Shown piece after piece: positions 1-11,292 of a stretch of DNA of 64,000 nucleotides. The notes beneath the pieces were generated by a model. That model had not been told where the DNA came from. It ran no database searches and saw nothing but the letters and a program-made list of their open reading frames with translations. Source of the DNA: Lama guanicoe (taxonomy: Eukaryota); the NCBI GenBank assembly GCA_013239625.1, contig MU053136.1, positions 18,017 through 82,016 on the forward strand, read 5' to 3'. Position 1 is the stretch's first letter, and every line of letters begins with the position of its first letter. A program made the position numbers and the translations under genes.

Positions 1-117
1 CAAGCTCCTTGCGAGAAGGCTGTCTCTTTATATACACACACACACACACACACTCCCAGGAGAGGCTACACAAAAAGTAAGCACTCTGGAAATGCTTCTT
101 GATTTGGTTGAGCTGTT

Positions 118-454
118 TGTTACACACTGAACGTGTGTGTCCCACCCCAAATTCATTTGTTGAGCTTCTACCCCAGTGTGATGGTGTTAGGAAGTGGGAC
201 TTCTGGGCGATTAGGTCATGAGCCCTCATGAATGGAATCAGTGCTCTCTTAAAACACACTGCGTAGAGCTCTCCTGCCTCTTCTGCCGCATGGGCACCCT
301 GCTAGAAAGCAGCCATCTATGAACTGGGAAGCAGGCCCTCAGCAGACACGGACTCTTCCTGCACCTTGATCTGGAAACAGGAACATGACAAATTTCTGTT
401 GTTTATAAGCCACCTGGTCTATGGTATCATGTTGTAGCAGTCTGAACCAAGACA
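118..454 (+). mobile_element. MaLR (MLT1/MST-type) solo LTR
   Basis: Starts TG and ends CA; contains typical MaLR blocks 'ttaggtcatgag..ccctcatgaatggaatcagtgc' and 'aaatttctgttgtttataagccacc..gtctatggtat'. Confidence 0.7.
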
Positions 455-1309
455 TGTTAGAACAGAGGAATGGGCTAGAACTCCAGACTGGTTGGACAAA
501 GGGAGACAGGAGGTAGCTGGGCACTCAGGGACCAGAGGGTCATCTGCTTGCCCCAAGTGTCTTTCCTTCAACCCACAGGCTCTCCCTCCAAATACTCCAT
601 TCAAACTTTCCCACCTTCTAGAAAGTCAGTGACATCGCAGTTCCCAACCTGTCCTCACAAAGGAGCTAATGTCCATGGCAGACCTGGGAAAATACATGTC
701 TTCAGCTACTCTGTCACTCCTGGCCTGCGTGAGCCCCCAAGGCAAGCTTTGCTGCCATGTCTTTCCCTTCCTGGCATGGGCACTGGACTCCCAGCCAGGA
801 CAGAGCCAACTGCTGCTGCCCTGAGGCACTTCCTGGAATCTCCATATGGTTCTTTGGGTGGCTGGCTCACTCCCACCCTTTGGGTCTCCTCTTCAGAGCG
901 GGCTTTCTTGACCACCATCTATCACAATTAATGGCACCCCTAAGACTACCTTCCATTACTTTACCCTGTGACTTTTGTTCACTGTGTCTCCACTCCACCC
1001 AGACTGAAAGTTCCCTAAGAGCAGGGGTCTTGGCTCCTGCTCATCACCATATCCTAGCCCCTTTAACAGTGCCTGGTATATAGTCAGTCTCTGCTTAATG
1101 GCTGGTGGCCTCCTTCCAGAGTTATTCCCCTTCCCTCTAGCATTTTTAGTCAGTTCTTACCTATAAGGTAATTCTTGTATCTCCAAATTATGCATCAGCC
1201 TCCTTTATTTTGAAAATTTACTAATCCCACTCTTCAGCTGTCAGCTTATTTTCCCCTCCTTTACCCCACCAGCTATCAAGGAAAGATATCTGGCAGTGCC
1301 TTATGCGTT

Positions 1310-1787
1310 AGGCTCTTTTGGTTGAAAGCAACAGAAGACCAACTAAAAGCGGCTCAAACAGTGAATAAGTATATCATTGTTCAGAGGCAGAAAAAGTTAA
1401 TTCCACCTTCGAACAAGGCAGGCCTCCAGGTAGCTCCTCATTCTGTGGCGGCCCACTGGCCTGGTGGGCTTCCCCTTGCGTCTCATTGGCCAGGGTTGCA
1501 CCACGTGCCTAGGTCTAAACCAATCACTGGCAAGGAGGCAGAAGCACCCTGATTGGCTGCTTAGACTTATCAAATTTCATCTCCTGCAGCTGAGGGGGGT
1601 TCCCTTCCCTGAGTTCAGGGCAGGTAAATTCTGGAACAAAATCAAGGCTCACCAGCGCAGGAAAAAGGTAGGGAGTGGCTGCAGAATCTATGAGCTGCCC
1701 AATAAGCTTTCAATAAATTGTTTTTCTGTTTAAGTTGGCCAGAGTTGGTTTCTGTGGCCTGTAACCACAGAATTCTGGCTGATGCAG
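1310..1787. mobile_element. old MLT1-type LTR fragments
   Basis: 'ctcattggccag..aaccaatcactggcaagg..ctgattggc' and LTR-end block 'caataaattgtttttctgtttaagttggccagagttggtttctgtggcctgtaacc'. Confidence 0.45.
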
Positions 1788-3364
1788 CTCTGGGGCTGCA
1801 CAGTGAGGAGTGACAGGAGCGGCATTCATGGCCAGGAGGAGTGAGGTCAGCACACAGCCGTGAGATGGAACAGAAGGGCCACACAAGGAGCAGACGTGAA
1901 ACAGCCCCGAGACCCCGGAAACAGTTCGTGAGGTTTTGAGAGCTGGGTTATTAGGGCTTAGAGCCAGAGGCTGTGTATTTAAAGTGACTGTACTGTGATT
2001 ACACCCCCAGGCTATGTAACCTGGGGAAGGAGGTCATATGGACGTTCAGTAAATACTGAAGTGGACTGAAGTGGCCAGCCTCTCTTTTAAAATCTCTATC
2101 CTTCCTTGGTGTCCAAGAGGCCATCCATGTAGATGACTGGCCTTTCCTACCCACTGCCTTTCCTGCAGTAGACTTGAGCAATCACATAGCCATTTCCCCC
2201 ATGTCTCACCCACCTCAGGGACGTGCTGCTTTGTGGTTCTGCACTTGAGTGGCTCTCCCATCTCCGACCCAAGGCTCCACCGTCTCTCAGACCTGCCCCA
2301 TCCTCAGACCTGCGACTCACACCTTCTGTCTCTGACCTTAAACTCCTTTCCTTCCTCACCTTTTCTCAGCTGCCCACTCCCACCGAGCCTGCTTTGAAGA
2401 ACTTGGTCCAGTCCCTGGCACGTAATGAACATCCCGTTAGTGGTTATCAATATTGCCTCATTCTCTTCTGTCTTGTGGCAAATGTGCTGCTCCAAAGCCA
2501 GCCACTTTAGCCCTGCCCCATTCTAGAATGTCCCCCACCTGTCTCGCTCTCTCCGAGCTGGGGGTTACTCTCTGCCTCTCCGTACCTCCCACCCGGTTCC
2601 CTGTGTCCTCACCATGGATTCTCACTGTCTCACCTCAGCTAGGCCTCACTGGGGCCCAGAAATCCTTGTTATCTCTAGGAGGCACCAATCACGTCCCCGC
2701 AGCAGCTCTTCTAAGCTCCTGAAGCTCCTCTCCTCCCCTGCTCACCTTCCTCCTACAGGTGACCTCCTCCCTCTTTGTCAGCAGGAGCAGGAGTTTCAGG
2801 CACAGACGGCACTCAGGAGGACATCTCAGACTTCTGGTCACGAGATAGTGGAGTACAGCCCTTTCTGTCCCCTTTTTCTCTCAAAAAATCACCTCCAAAA
2901 TGACAAGGAGAATCAGAAACAGAAGCCCAAATTCCATCTTCAACTAAACTTGGAGACATTAAGAATCCTGAACCACGTCATACGAAAACAGAAAGTGGAT
3001 GGGAGAGTGGCAAGTGGCTAGGAAAGACAGGCCCAGAACATCCAGAGGCATGTGCCCAGGAGAAGCAAGCTGACCCCTCCCTCAGAACCCCAGCAAAGCT
3101 AGGAATTAGAAGCAGCAAGGAAACTAGAAGGTGGAGGTCTAAAAACTGGGGACTTATTTGAAGATCTACTGAAAGAGCAATTTGATAGTCAGGAAACTCA
3201 GAGGTCCCCAGTGCAATCAAGTGACTTATTGTGTCCCCTTCCCCACTCATGCAGGAGACAGGAAGATCGCTTCTGGAGATACAGCTTTGAAACAGAGAGA
3301 TACTGGTCTTTGGGGGTGGGGGGAGGGGGGAATGGAGAAGAAGTGGGATCAAAAGCTCAGTGAG

Positions 3365-3487
3365 GGGGGAGGGTATAGTTCTAGTGGTAGAGTGGTTGCT
3401 TAGCATGCATGAAGTCCTGGGTTCAATCCCCAGTACCTCTATTAAAATAAATAAACAAATCCAATTACTTCCCCCCTAAAAAAAATT
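3365..3487 (+). mobile_element. tRNA-derived SINE (camelid Vic-1-like)
   Basis: GGGGAGGGTATAG..AGTGGTAGAG (A box), GGTTCAATCCC (B box), AT-rich tail; homologous to the copies at 51899-52041 and 58971-59113. Confidence 0.8.
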
Positions 3488-4279
3488 TTTTTAAAAAGCA
3501 GCTGAGTGAAAGTTGGCATTCTGATTGTGTAACTCGTCCTACTTGCCACATACCTCTTCCCACCCCCCACACTCCACCCACTTGGAGGACCCTGGGCAGG
3601 TGGGCTTATAACCTTCAAGCAGGAGGCTAGACTAAAGGATCGTATTCTGGAAAAACAGAACTGTGCCAATGATACTGACAATTAGGGCTCCCCAAGGAAA
3701 GAGTCCAGCCAGGTACCCAGTTGCCCTAACTTGAGTCCACAGTGAGTGCTTCCAACTGGCTCTCCAGTGCCTCCTTCTCAAGCGTGAACAGACAGCCAAG
3801 GAAGACCAGACAACTAAGGAAATTCTCCTAACTGATACAAATCAAAACAACAGAAAACACAAAATCAGAGGAAACAGAGACAACAAAGGGAGAAGAACAT
3901 TTCAAATGAATGTCCTCGAAGAGATGACACTGCACGTATCCAGAGATGGAGAACATGAAATCGTTCAGAACAGAAAGAACAAGGAACACGAAAGCACTTC
4001 TGAAATTTTTTAAGAAAGAAAGAAAAAGAAAAAGGGTCGTATTACATACTTAATAAATGGTTTGGGATATAACATTGGGGATATCAGAATATAGAAGAAA
4101 GAGATGGTTAATAAAAGAGAAATAATAATAAAATTAGAGGATCAGTTCTCTTGTATTGTATCCTTTTATCCAGCATTCTAATAATAAGAGTGATAAAAAT
4201 TTGAAAGAAATAATAAAGAAATTCCCAGAATTAAAGGACATAAGATGTTGTAACAGATTTTAACAGATGTTAAGCTTTA

Positions 4280-5000
4280 TCACTCATCAGAATATGTGGA
4301 GGGCTTGTTAAAGCACAGATTGTTAAAATCCACAAACACACACGGAATATTATTCAGCCATTAAAATACAGAAGGTAATCTTGCCATTTGTGACAACATG
4401 AATGGACCTCAGAGGCTTTCTGCCAAGTGAAGTAAGTCAGACAGAGAAAGACAAATACCATGATCTCACTTATATGTGGAATCTAAAAAACAAAAACAAA
4501 ACAATAAAACCAGGCTTATTGCCAGAGGCCGGCAGTGGGGGTGAGAGAAATGGGTGACCAGGGTCAAAAGGTACAAACTTACATTTATAAAACAAGTAAG
4601 TCACAAGGATACAATGTACACACGGTGACTATAGTTAACAATACTATATTGCATATCTGAAAGTTGCTGAGAGAGTCAATCTTAAAAGTTCTCATCACAA
4701 GAAAAAAGTGTAACTATATATGGTGACTGAAGTGAACTCGACTTACTGTGATCATTTCACAATGTATACAAATATTGAATTACTATGTTGTGCACCTGAA
4801 ACTAATATAATGTTTTGTGTCAATTATACCTCAATAAAAACAACAACAACAAAGCACAGATTGCTGGGACCTCTCACCAGAGTTTCTGATTCAGTAGATG
4901 TGAGGTAGTTGCCCCTGGGCAGAGGATAAAAATTTGCATTTCTAACATATTCAGGTGATGCTGATGGTGCTGGTTGAGGACCACACTTCGAAAACCACTG
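4280..5000 (+). mobile_element. MER5A-like hAT DNA transposon split by an L1 insertion
   Basis: 'catcagaat..ggagggcttgttaaagcacagattg' resumes after the insert as 'ctggg..cagagtttctgattcagtag..atttgcatttctaaca..caggtgatgctgatg..ggaccacacttcgaaaaccactg'. Confidence 0.7.
4323..4850 (+). mobile_element. 5'-truncated L1 (L1MA-type 3' end) with 13-bp TSD
   Basis: L1 3' motifs 'ggaatattattcagccat', 'agtcagacagagaaagacaaatac' and 'caattatacctcaataaa'; direct repeat AAAGCACAGATTG at 4310-4322 and 4851-4863. Confidence 0.85.
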
Positions 5001-5143
5001 TTAGATTAAAAAGACCTATCAAGGACCATGAAAAATGACCCGTGCTGATAAACTGTGACATTTTAATATATCAGGGATAACAGAGAGTCCTAAAAGGGGC
5101 GGGGAGGGGAATTCAAAGTCTCAGGAATCAAAATAGCATGAGA

Positions 5144-5432
5144 TAAATACAAAACAGAAATAGACTCACAGACATAGAATATAAACTTGTGGTTGCCAAG
5201 GGGGCGGAGGGGTGGGAAGAGATAGACTGGGATTTCAAAATTGTAGAATAGATAAACAAGATTATACTGTATAGCACGGGGAAATATACACAAGATCTTA
5301 TGGTAGCTCACAGAGAAAAAAATGTGACAATGAATTTATACATGTTCATGTATAACTGAAAAATTATGCTCTACACTGGAATTTGACACAACATTGTAAA
5401 ATGATTATAAATCAATAAAAAAAAGTTTAAAA
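5144..5432 (+). mobile_element. young lineage-specific L1 3' end with 14-bp TSD
   Basis: Perfect TSD AAAATAGCATGAGA at 5130-5143 and 5433-5446; AATAAA plus A tail; 3' end closely similar to the copy at 61373-61542. Confidence 0.85.
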
Positions 5433-7559
5433 AAAATAGCATGAGACTTCTCAATTCCAATCAGAGTCTGCAAGATAAGGAGGCAATATCTTCAAACTTC
5501 TGAAGGAAAATGATATTCAACCTAAAATTCTATACCCAGCCAAAACTAGTCATCAAGAGTGAGGGTAGGATAAAGCAATTTTAGGCAGGTAAAAGTCGCT
5601 AAATCTTACCTCCCAGGCATTCTTTCTCAGGAAGCTACTGGAGGATGTGCTTCATCCCAACAAGGAAGTAAACTGAAGAAGAGGAAGATACTGGGTCCCT
5701 GAAAGAGGAAAAGGGCAAAGTGAATTCTTAATGATTGGCCATGGGAAGTCCAAGGGTGACAGGTATGCTACAGGCAACACATCCAGAGAAAACCGGAAGG
5801 ATGGAGCGCCCCAGGACAAATGTTTCCTAGGAAAAATAACACAGAACCGATAAGATTATATGACAGTTTGGTCATATGCAAAACTGTACTGAGAAGGCGT
5901 TTTACAGAACTGTTGACGGGTGTGGGAAGACGCCGAGCCAGAGATTCAAAGAAAACCAAGCAAATAAAAAATGAGGCAGTTAACTCCAGGAAAAACAAAA
6001 AAAGTTGTACAAGAAAGGAAATGTAAACAGAGCATACAGCAACAAAGTTATATTAGAAGAGGAAATGTAACCAGCATACTTGCCTCAAAAGTAAACAATA
6101 TTTTCAAAGTCAATAATGAGATCACTGAACATGAATTTGACCATAAATTATGATATAAACATAATGGGGGTGAGGAGAGGGGGAAGAGGCAAGTAAAAGA
6201 ATCAAAATCCTCATCTACCAAGATGAGAAGTCAACAAATTGGACGGATGAACCCAGAAAAGCAGTACATATACCATTTAGAAATAAGGAAGGAAATACCA
6301 GAAGAAACAGCCAAACTGAGTTGAAAGCAGTTGCCCCCGCGGCCTAGGATAAAGGTTGGGAGAAAGGCCAGTGGGACTTCTGTTTTTGTTACAGGCCCTT
6401 TATAACTATTTGATTTTTAAGCTATGTGTATGTATTTTCTTGATAAAAATAAATATTAATTTTGTAAAGCAACTATAAAAGAACGTGTCACATCCTCCGC
6501 TACAGAATGCCTGTGGGGCCTCCTGTGTCCTCAAAGGAGCAGGGGTCTCCCTGCGTTCATCCTCTCCCGGGTGGGCATTACTCATCAGCTCAGCCCATTT
6601 CTTCTCCCAAATGCATTCTCTCTGTCTCCTCTTGTTCTGTCAGCCATCAGCAGGGTGGCTGTACTCCAGCCCTACTGAGCTGTCAGTGCCCAGAACGTGC
6701 TTCTGGGACTTTGCACGCACTGTGCCCTCTACCCAGAGACTATTCTTTCCTATTCCACTCTCACCCCAATCCATTAAGGATAGGTTATACTTCAGGCCTC
6801 AGCTTAGATAACGCATTCTCCTTCCCAACCTACTCTGAGCTAAGGGCCCCTTCTCTGTTTCCTGCGGCTGCGCTTCCCGTCTGTGGCTCTCAGCACACGG
6901 TACTGCAAATGCCCCTCACCTGTCTAGCTTTCCCACTAGCCTGTAAGCTCTATGAAGACAGGAACGCTGTCTTAATCACTGTAGCCCCAGGACAGGGCCT
7001 GGAGCCTGGTAAAACAGTCAGTACTGGTGCAAATGGCTGAATGCATGACTCATATTAGGAAAGGCTCAAAAAATATTTGAATGAGTAATAAATATTCTAA
7101 TGTAGACCTCCCTCTCCATCCAAAATAGGCCTCCTTTCTGTCATCTCCATCCTACCCTCTACACTCTCTCTGTCCTACAAGGTCATACTTCCCAGGCAAG
7201 TTGGCTGTGGCCAGTGCCTCAACTTCCAATCTACTCACGCCTGCCTTGACCCTACAAAGAAGCCAAAGGCCCCTTCCTGTGACCAAGTGCAGCTCCAGTA
7301 CAGGGCTTTCTGAGTTCACACTAGACTAGAGTGAGCAGCTTAGGGACTGTCTGCCCAGCCCGGAAGGCAATCAAGCCCCTTTTGGTGCCTTGTCTCCACG
7401 CCCAAAGTACAGCTCTCAGAGGTTTGGGGTCCAGGCTAAGCAGAGGGCACACGGCTGGCTCTTGACTTTGGCTTCACAAGGATCCGTCTAGGCATAAACG
7501 AAGCTGACTGGCTCTCCCCAGTCTTCTCACCTCCCTGTCCATTTTGCAGAGAGTCTAGC

Positions 7560-8480
7560 CCTTCGAGCCGGCACGCCTTGGCGACTCCCGGCCGGCGTCT
7601 TCCAGTGAGAACGGTATGGCGGGCCCTGCCCGAGGGCCAGGGGGGATGCGACGGGAGAGGCCCGAGTGCTCCGTGCGGGCCAAGCACGCAGTAGGCGCTG
7701 AAGGGTAAAACCCTGCGGCGCATCACTCCCAAAACGAAGCTGGCCTCCTCGAGGTCTGAGGAGAAGGCTCCAGAATCTGCAGGACTGGAAGCCTCTAGGT
7801 CGCCGGCCTGGGGCAGGGGCGTCCTGCCGCCCCACCCCCAGCGCGCCACGTGACCTCAAAGGGCCGCCAGAGGGTTGGAATGCGGCGACCTCAGCGGTGC
7901 CCCCGGAGGGGCCGGCGGCGCGGCGGCGCGGCGGCGCGGGGCGGGGGTGGGGGGGAGGAAGGGGCCGCACCCGGGGCGGCGAGGCCGGGAGGGCTGGGGG
8001 TGGGGCGCCGAGGGGGCCCTTCTTCCCTTTCCCCACCGCGCGCGCTGGGGGAAGCGAGGGTAGAAGACGGTTTGGCTTCGTCCAGGAAGCCTGTAAATAC
8101 GGGCCGAGAAACTCGATCTGCTCCTGTCGCTTCCCTATTTAGGAGAAGGGAGGGAGCCAGGCGATTAGTGGCTCCTGGGGGCGCAGGTCACGTGGATGCC
8201 CAGGCCTAGCTGGGGGGAGGGAGAGGCTGTGCTCCTGAGGAACCCGGATCGAGGCAGGCCGGAATCCCGGCCAGGCTCGGCGGCTCCCGCCCCATATAGA
8301 TCCATTTGTCCTCATCTTACAGGCTCGCACAGTGACCATGGGGTGGGGAAGTCGAGGGTCTGCGCTACTGCGGGTTCGTCCACCCCACCCTCCCTTTCCA
8401 AATGCCTGGGCGACGGTGTCCGTCTGTTCCACCAAGCCTCAATCGGCTCGGCCTCGTTTCCAAAGCCCGGGTGAGAAGTG
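7560..8480. promoter_or_regulatory. orphan CpG island (candidate enhancer or alternative promoter)
   Basis: Dense CpG/GC content; GTCACGTG E-boxes at 7847-7854 (-) and 8187-8194 (+); CArG box CCTATTTAGG at 8134-8143. Confidence 0.7.
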
Positions 8481-8689
8481 AAGGACTCCTGAGTCCCACA
8501 CTCCTGCACCTGTGGTGGCCAGCAGGCGCCGAAGATCTGCTCCAGGTCTGGGACTCCCCTGTCCTGGGTGGTGGAGAAAGTGTCTAGGAGGCTGGCATCC
8601 TGCCTCCCAGCTTCACTGGCTCAGTGGCCCAGGAGATCAGCAGTGCCCAGGAAGGAAAGTGCCTGCGGGGACTAGCTTCCAACAGAGCC

Positions 8690-9400
8690 TACTGTGAGCC
8701 AAGCTCTGTGAGGGCACTGGAGTGTGGTGAAAAACAGATTGTGCCTGCCCTCAAGCAGCTTACACTGGCGTGGTGGGAACAGTCAAGCAAACGAGAATGA
8801 AAATACAGGAGCAAAGAGGAGCATCTGAGTCAGGCTGGGACCTGGGAGGATCTGAGGAAGAGGTGGCACTTGAACTGTATTTTAAAGGATGAGGAGTCAT
8901 CACACAGGGGTTGGGGAAAAGGCATCCAGGCAGAAAGAACCGCCTGTGCAGAAGTGTGGAAGCACACACAGTGCCAAAGAATCACAGGTGCCTACTTTCA
9001 CAGGACAGAAGCCCGGGCGATATGGGGAAGGTGTGTGAGATGGGGTGGGTGAATCACCAGGAGCCAGAGCTAGGTATCTGAGCTTGTCCTGCAAGTCATG
9101 GGGAACTGCTGAATCATTCTATATAGACAGGATCAGATTTGCATCTTCTAGGAGAGCTGGGGATGGATTTGGATTGGGGCCCTAGAGAAGGAGAGATTAG
9201 GTGATTAGGTGCCTGTTGCCAGCCTCCCCTGAGACAGCAGTAGTGGGAATCGGAAGAATGAAAAGGCCTGACAAATACTGGTGAGGCAAAGAGCCACTTG
9301 GCTTCAGGATGGATTGGGGATGGGTATGAGTGGGAAGGAAGAGTCTTGGGTGACCTCAGGTTTCTGGCTTGGAGAACCAGGCAGATGATGGGTGCAGAAG
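8690..9400. mobile_element. LINE2 fragment
   Basis: Degenerate L2 blocks 'cctgccctcaagcagcttacac', 'ggcatccaggcagaaagaac..gcctgtgcagaag' and 'gatcagatttgcat'. Confidence 0.5.
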
Positions 9401-9414
9401 GCAGGGTTGATGAT

Positions 9415-9570
9415 AATGAGAGTAATATTTATTGAGCATCTCCGGTGTTTCAGGTGCTCAGTGCTTCACATATTATCTCATTTAATCCTCATAATAACCT
9501 ATGGAATAGGTACTATTGTTATCCCCAGTTTAGGATGAAGAAACTAAATCAGGAGGTCCAATAACTAAGT
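9415..9570 (-). mobile_element. MIR SINE
   Basis: MIR core 'atctcatttaatcctcataataacctatg..taggtactattgttatcccca..gatgaagaaact'. Confidence 0.65.
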
Positions 9571-10904
9571 ACTAGGGTTGGGATGATGCACATGCCTGCA
9601 CCCTGCAGAATTCCTCATCTCCAATCTGAAGCCCCAGGGAGCTTCCCGGGCTACTCTACGAAGAAGCTATAGCCACTGCCACTAACTCCTCCCTTCCTCC
9701 CCAGCCCCCTGGCATCTGGTAGTCCCCACAACTGTTCAGTCACTGTCACTGGGTCTTTTTCAACCCACCTCATTTCACCCCTAGGACCTTGCCCCAGAAG
9801 CCTTGTGACAGGAGGGCACAGGGCTCTGGAACCGCGGTGCTGAGACCCCACCTTCTCAGTTACAATGCGAAACGGAACTGAGACTCTGCAGGAACAATCA
9901 GAGAAAGCAAGAAAATGGATGTGTTCCATTTGTAATAAAAAATTGTTTTTAATTTAATGGAAAATTTCAGTGACATCAGAGGGTCATGAAAGGGTCTCCT
10001 TGGGCTCAACCCTGTATTTATTTTCTGTGGGGGAAGGGGCAGGGTTCTGAAGCAAGTGTTCACCTCCTGTAGAGGAAGCTCCTCCAGGTCCGTTTCCCTT
10101 TCCCAAACCTTGGCTCAGAAACACCCAGTCCAACCCAAGTAACCATGGGAGACAGGCACAGACGGCACTCCTTTGAGCCCCACCCTCACTACCCCACTAC
10201 TTGACTTGGGGTGGGGGGAGAGAAGGTGTGTTGTTTCCAAACTGCCTCTCATCAACCTTCAGGTGGAGGTAAAGTTGAGATAAAGGGATGGAACAGGTAG
10301 GTGACCAGAGATAGTCCATAAGCTTTCTCTTGGGAGAGTTGTTAGGCCTAGAGAGCCCTGGCCTCAGCTACCACCCTTGAACGTAATTAAACGGAGCCTA
10401 CCCAAAGTCACACAGCCAGCAGCTGGCCCAGGGCCTGGAGGCAGGAGGTTATTTACCAGGCTGCTTGAGGCAGAAGTTAGCCGTTTCACCTCCCCCACCC
10501 CCTTAATTGTAGGAAAGAGGCCCATCATGACCCCAGAGAGCGTTTTGGGGCAGAGATCTGTAATCTGGGGACAGAGCAGGGAGAGGCCTGTGGCATCATA
10601 GTCCAGGCCCTGCCAGTCTGTGTTCCAGGCTCCAATAAAGCTGCCACTGCCTTTGTAGTTTCTGGAGGCACAAAGGCCCTCACCAGGCCTCTCTGGGACC
10701 TTTCTCTCATCTGACCTCTCCACCCTGGGTTATATTTGCACCCTTGTGCCTCTGGCCTTAGAAGGGCTTCTCTATGTTTCCCTGCAAATGAACCTTTCTT
10801 TGACATCAGAGCAAGAGGTACTTGAGGGCTATCTCCCGCGTGTCTTTCAGGGATAGCTGGAGCCCTTCACACAGAAGACGTCCACAGCATGCAGAGATGA
10901 AAGC

Positions 10905-11292
10905 AGTATGGTTCCAAGGATGGGGTCACAACCTGGTGGTGAGTCGTGAAATCCATTTAGAGAGCCATGGCCAGCATTTAAAACAAATGAAATAGGATGC
11001 AATAAATAGAAAGCATCAGAATGCATGCACATAGCAGGATAAGTATTGTCCCATGAAACTTGCTTTAGCCATCTCACAATACAAAACGTGTTCCTTTTTT
11101 CCTTTAAATTGAAGTATAGTTGATTTGCAATGTGTTAGTTTCTAGTGTAAAGTGATTCAGTTATATGCATATATCTATTCTTTTTCATATTATTTTCCAT
11201 TATGGATTATTACAGGATATTGAATATATTTCCCCATGCTACCAAAATTTGTTTATTGCTGTGGGTCACCAAACCCCTCGTTCAGAACACTG
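10905..11292. mobile_element. hAT-type DNA transposon relic interrupted by a minus-strand L1 3' fragment (~11095-11240)
   Basis: CAG..CTG ends; internal 'aattgaagtatagttgatttgcaatgtgttagtttc..gtgattcagttata' is a reversed L1 tail. Confidence 0.5.

Larger units (their letters stand above)
3750..6460 (+). mobile_element. ancient HAL1/L1 ORF1-like element, fragmented by younger insertions
   Basis: A-rich strand; degenerate ORF1 motifs 'ttcaacctaaaattctatacccagccaaa' and 'tttctcaggaagctactggaggatgtgc'. Boundaries approximate. Confidence 0.55.

Noticed and set aside
3365..3440. tRNA-like sequences with A and B boxes (also 51965-52041 and 58975-59045)
   Set aside because: They are degenerate, followed by AT-rich tails and present as multiple diverged copies, so they are SINE heads and not tRNA genes.
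7436..8474. Overlapping ORFs of 90-170 aa in the upstream CpG island
   Set aside because: Low-complexity G/R/P/A translations on both strands reflect stop-codon scarcity in GC-rich DNA; no recognisable domain.
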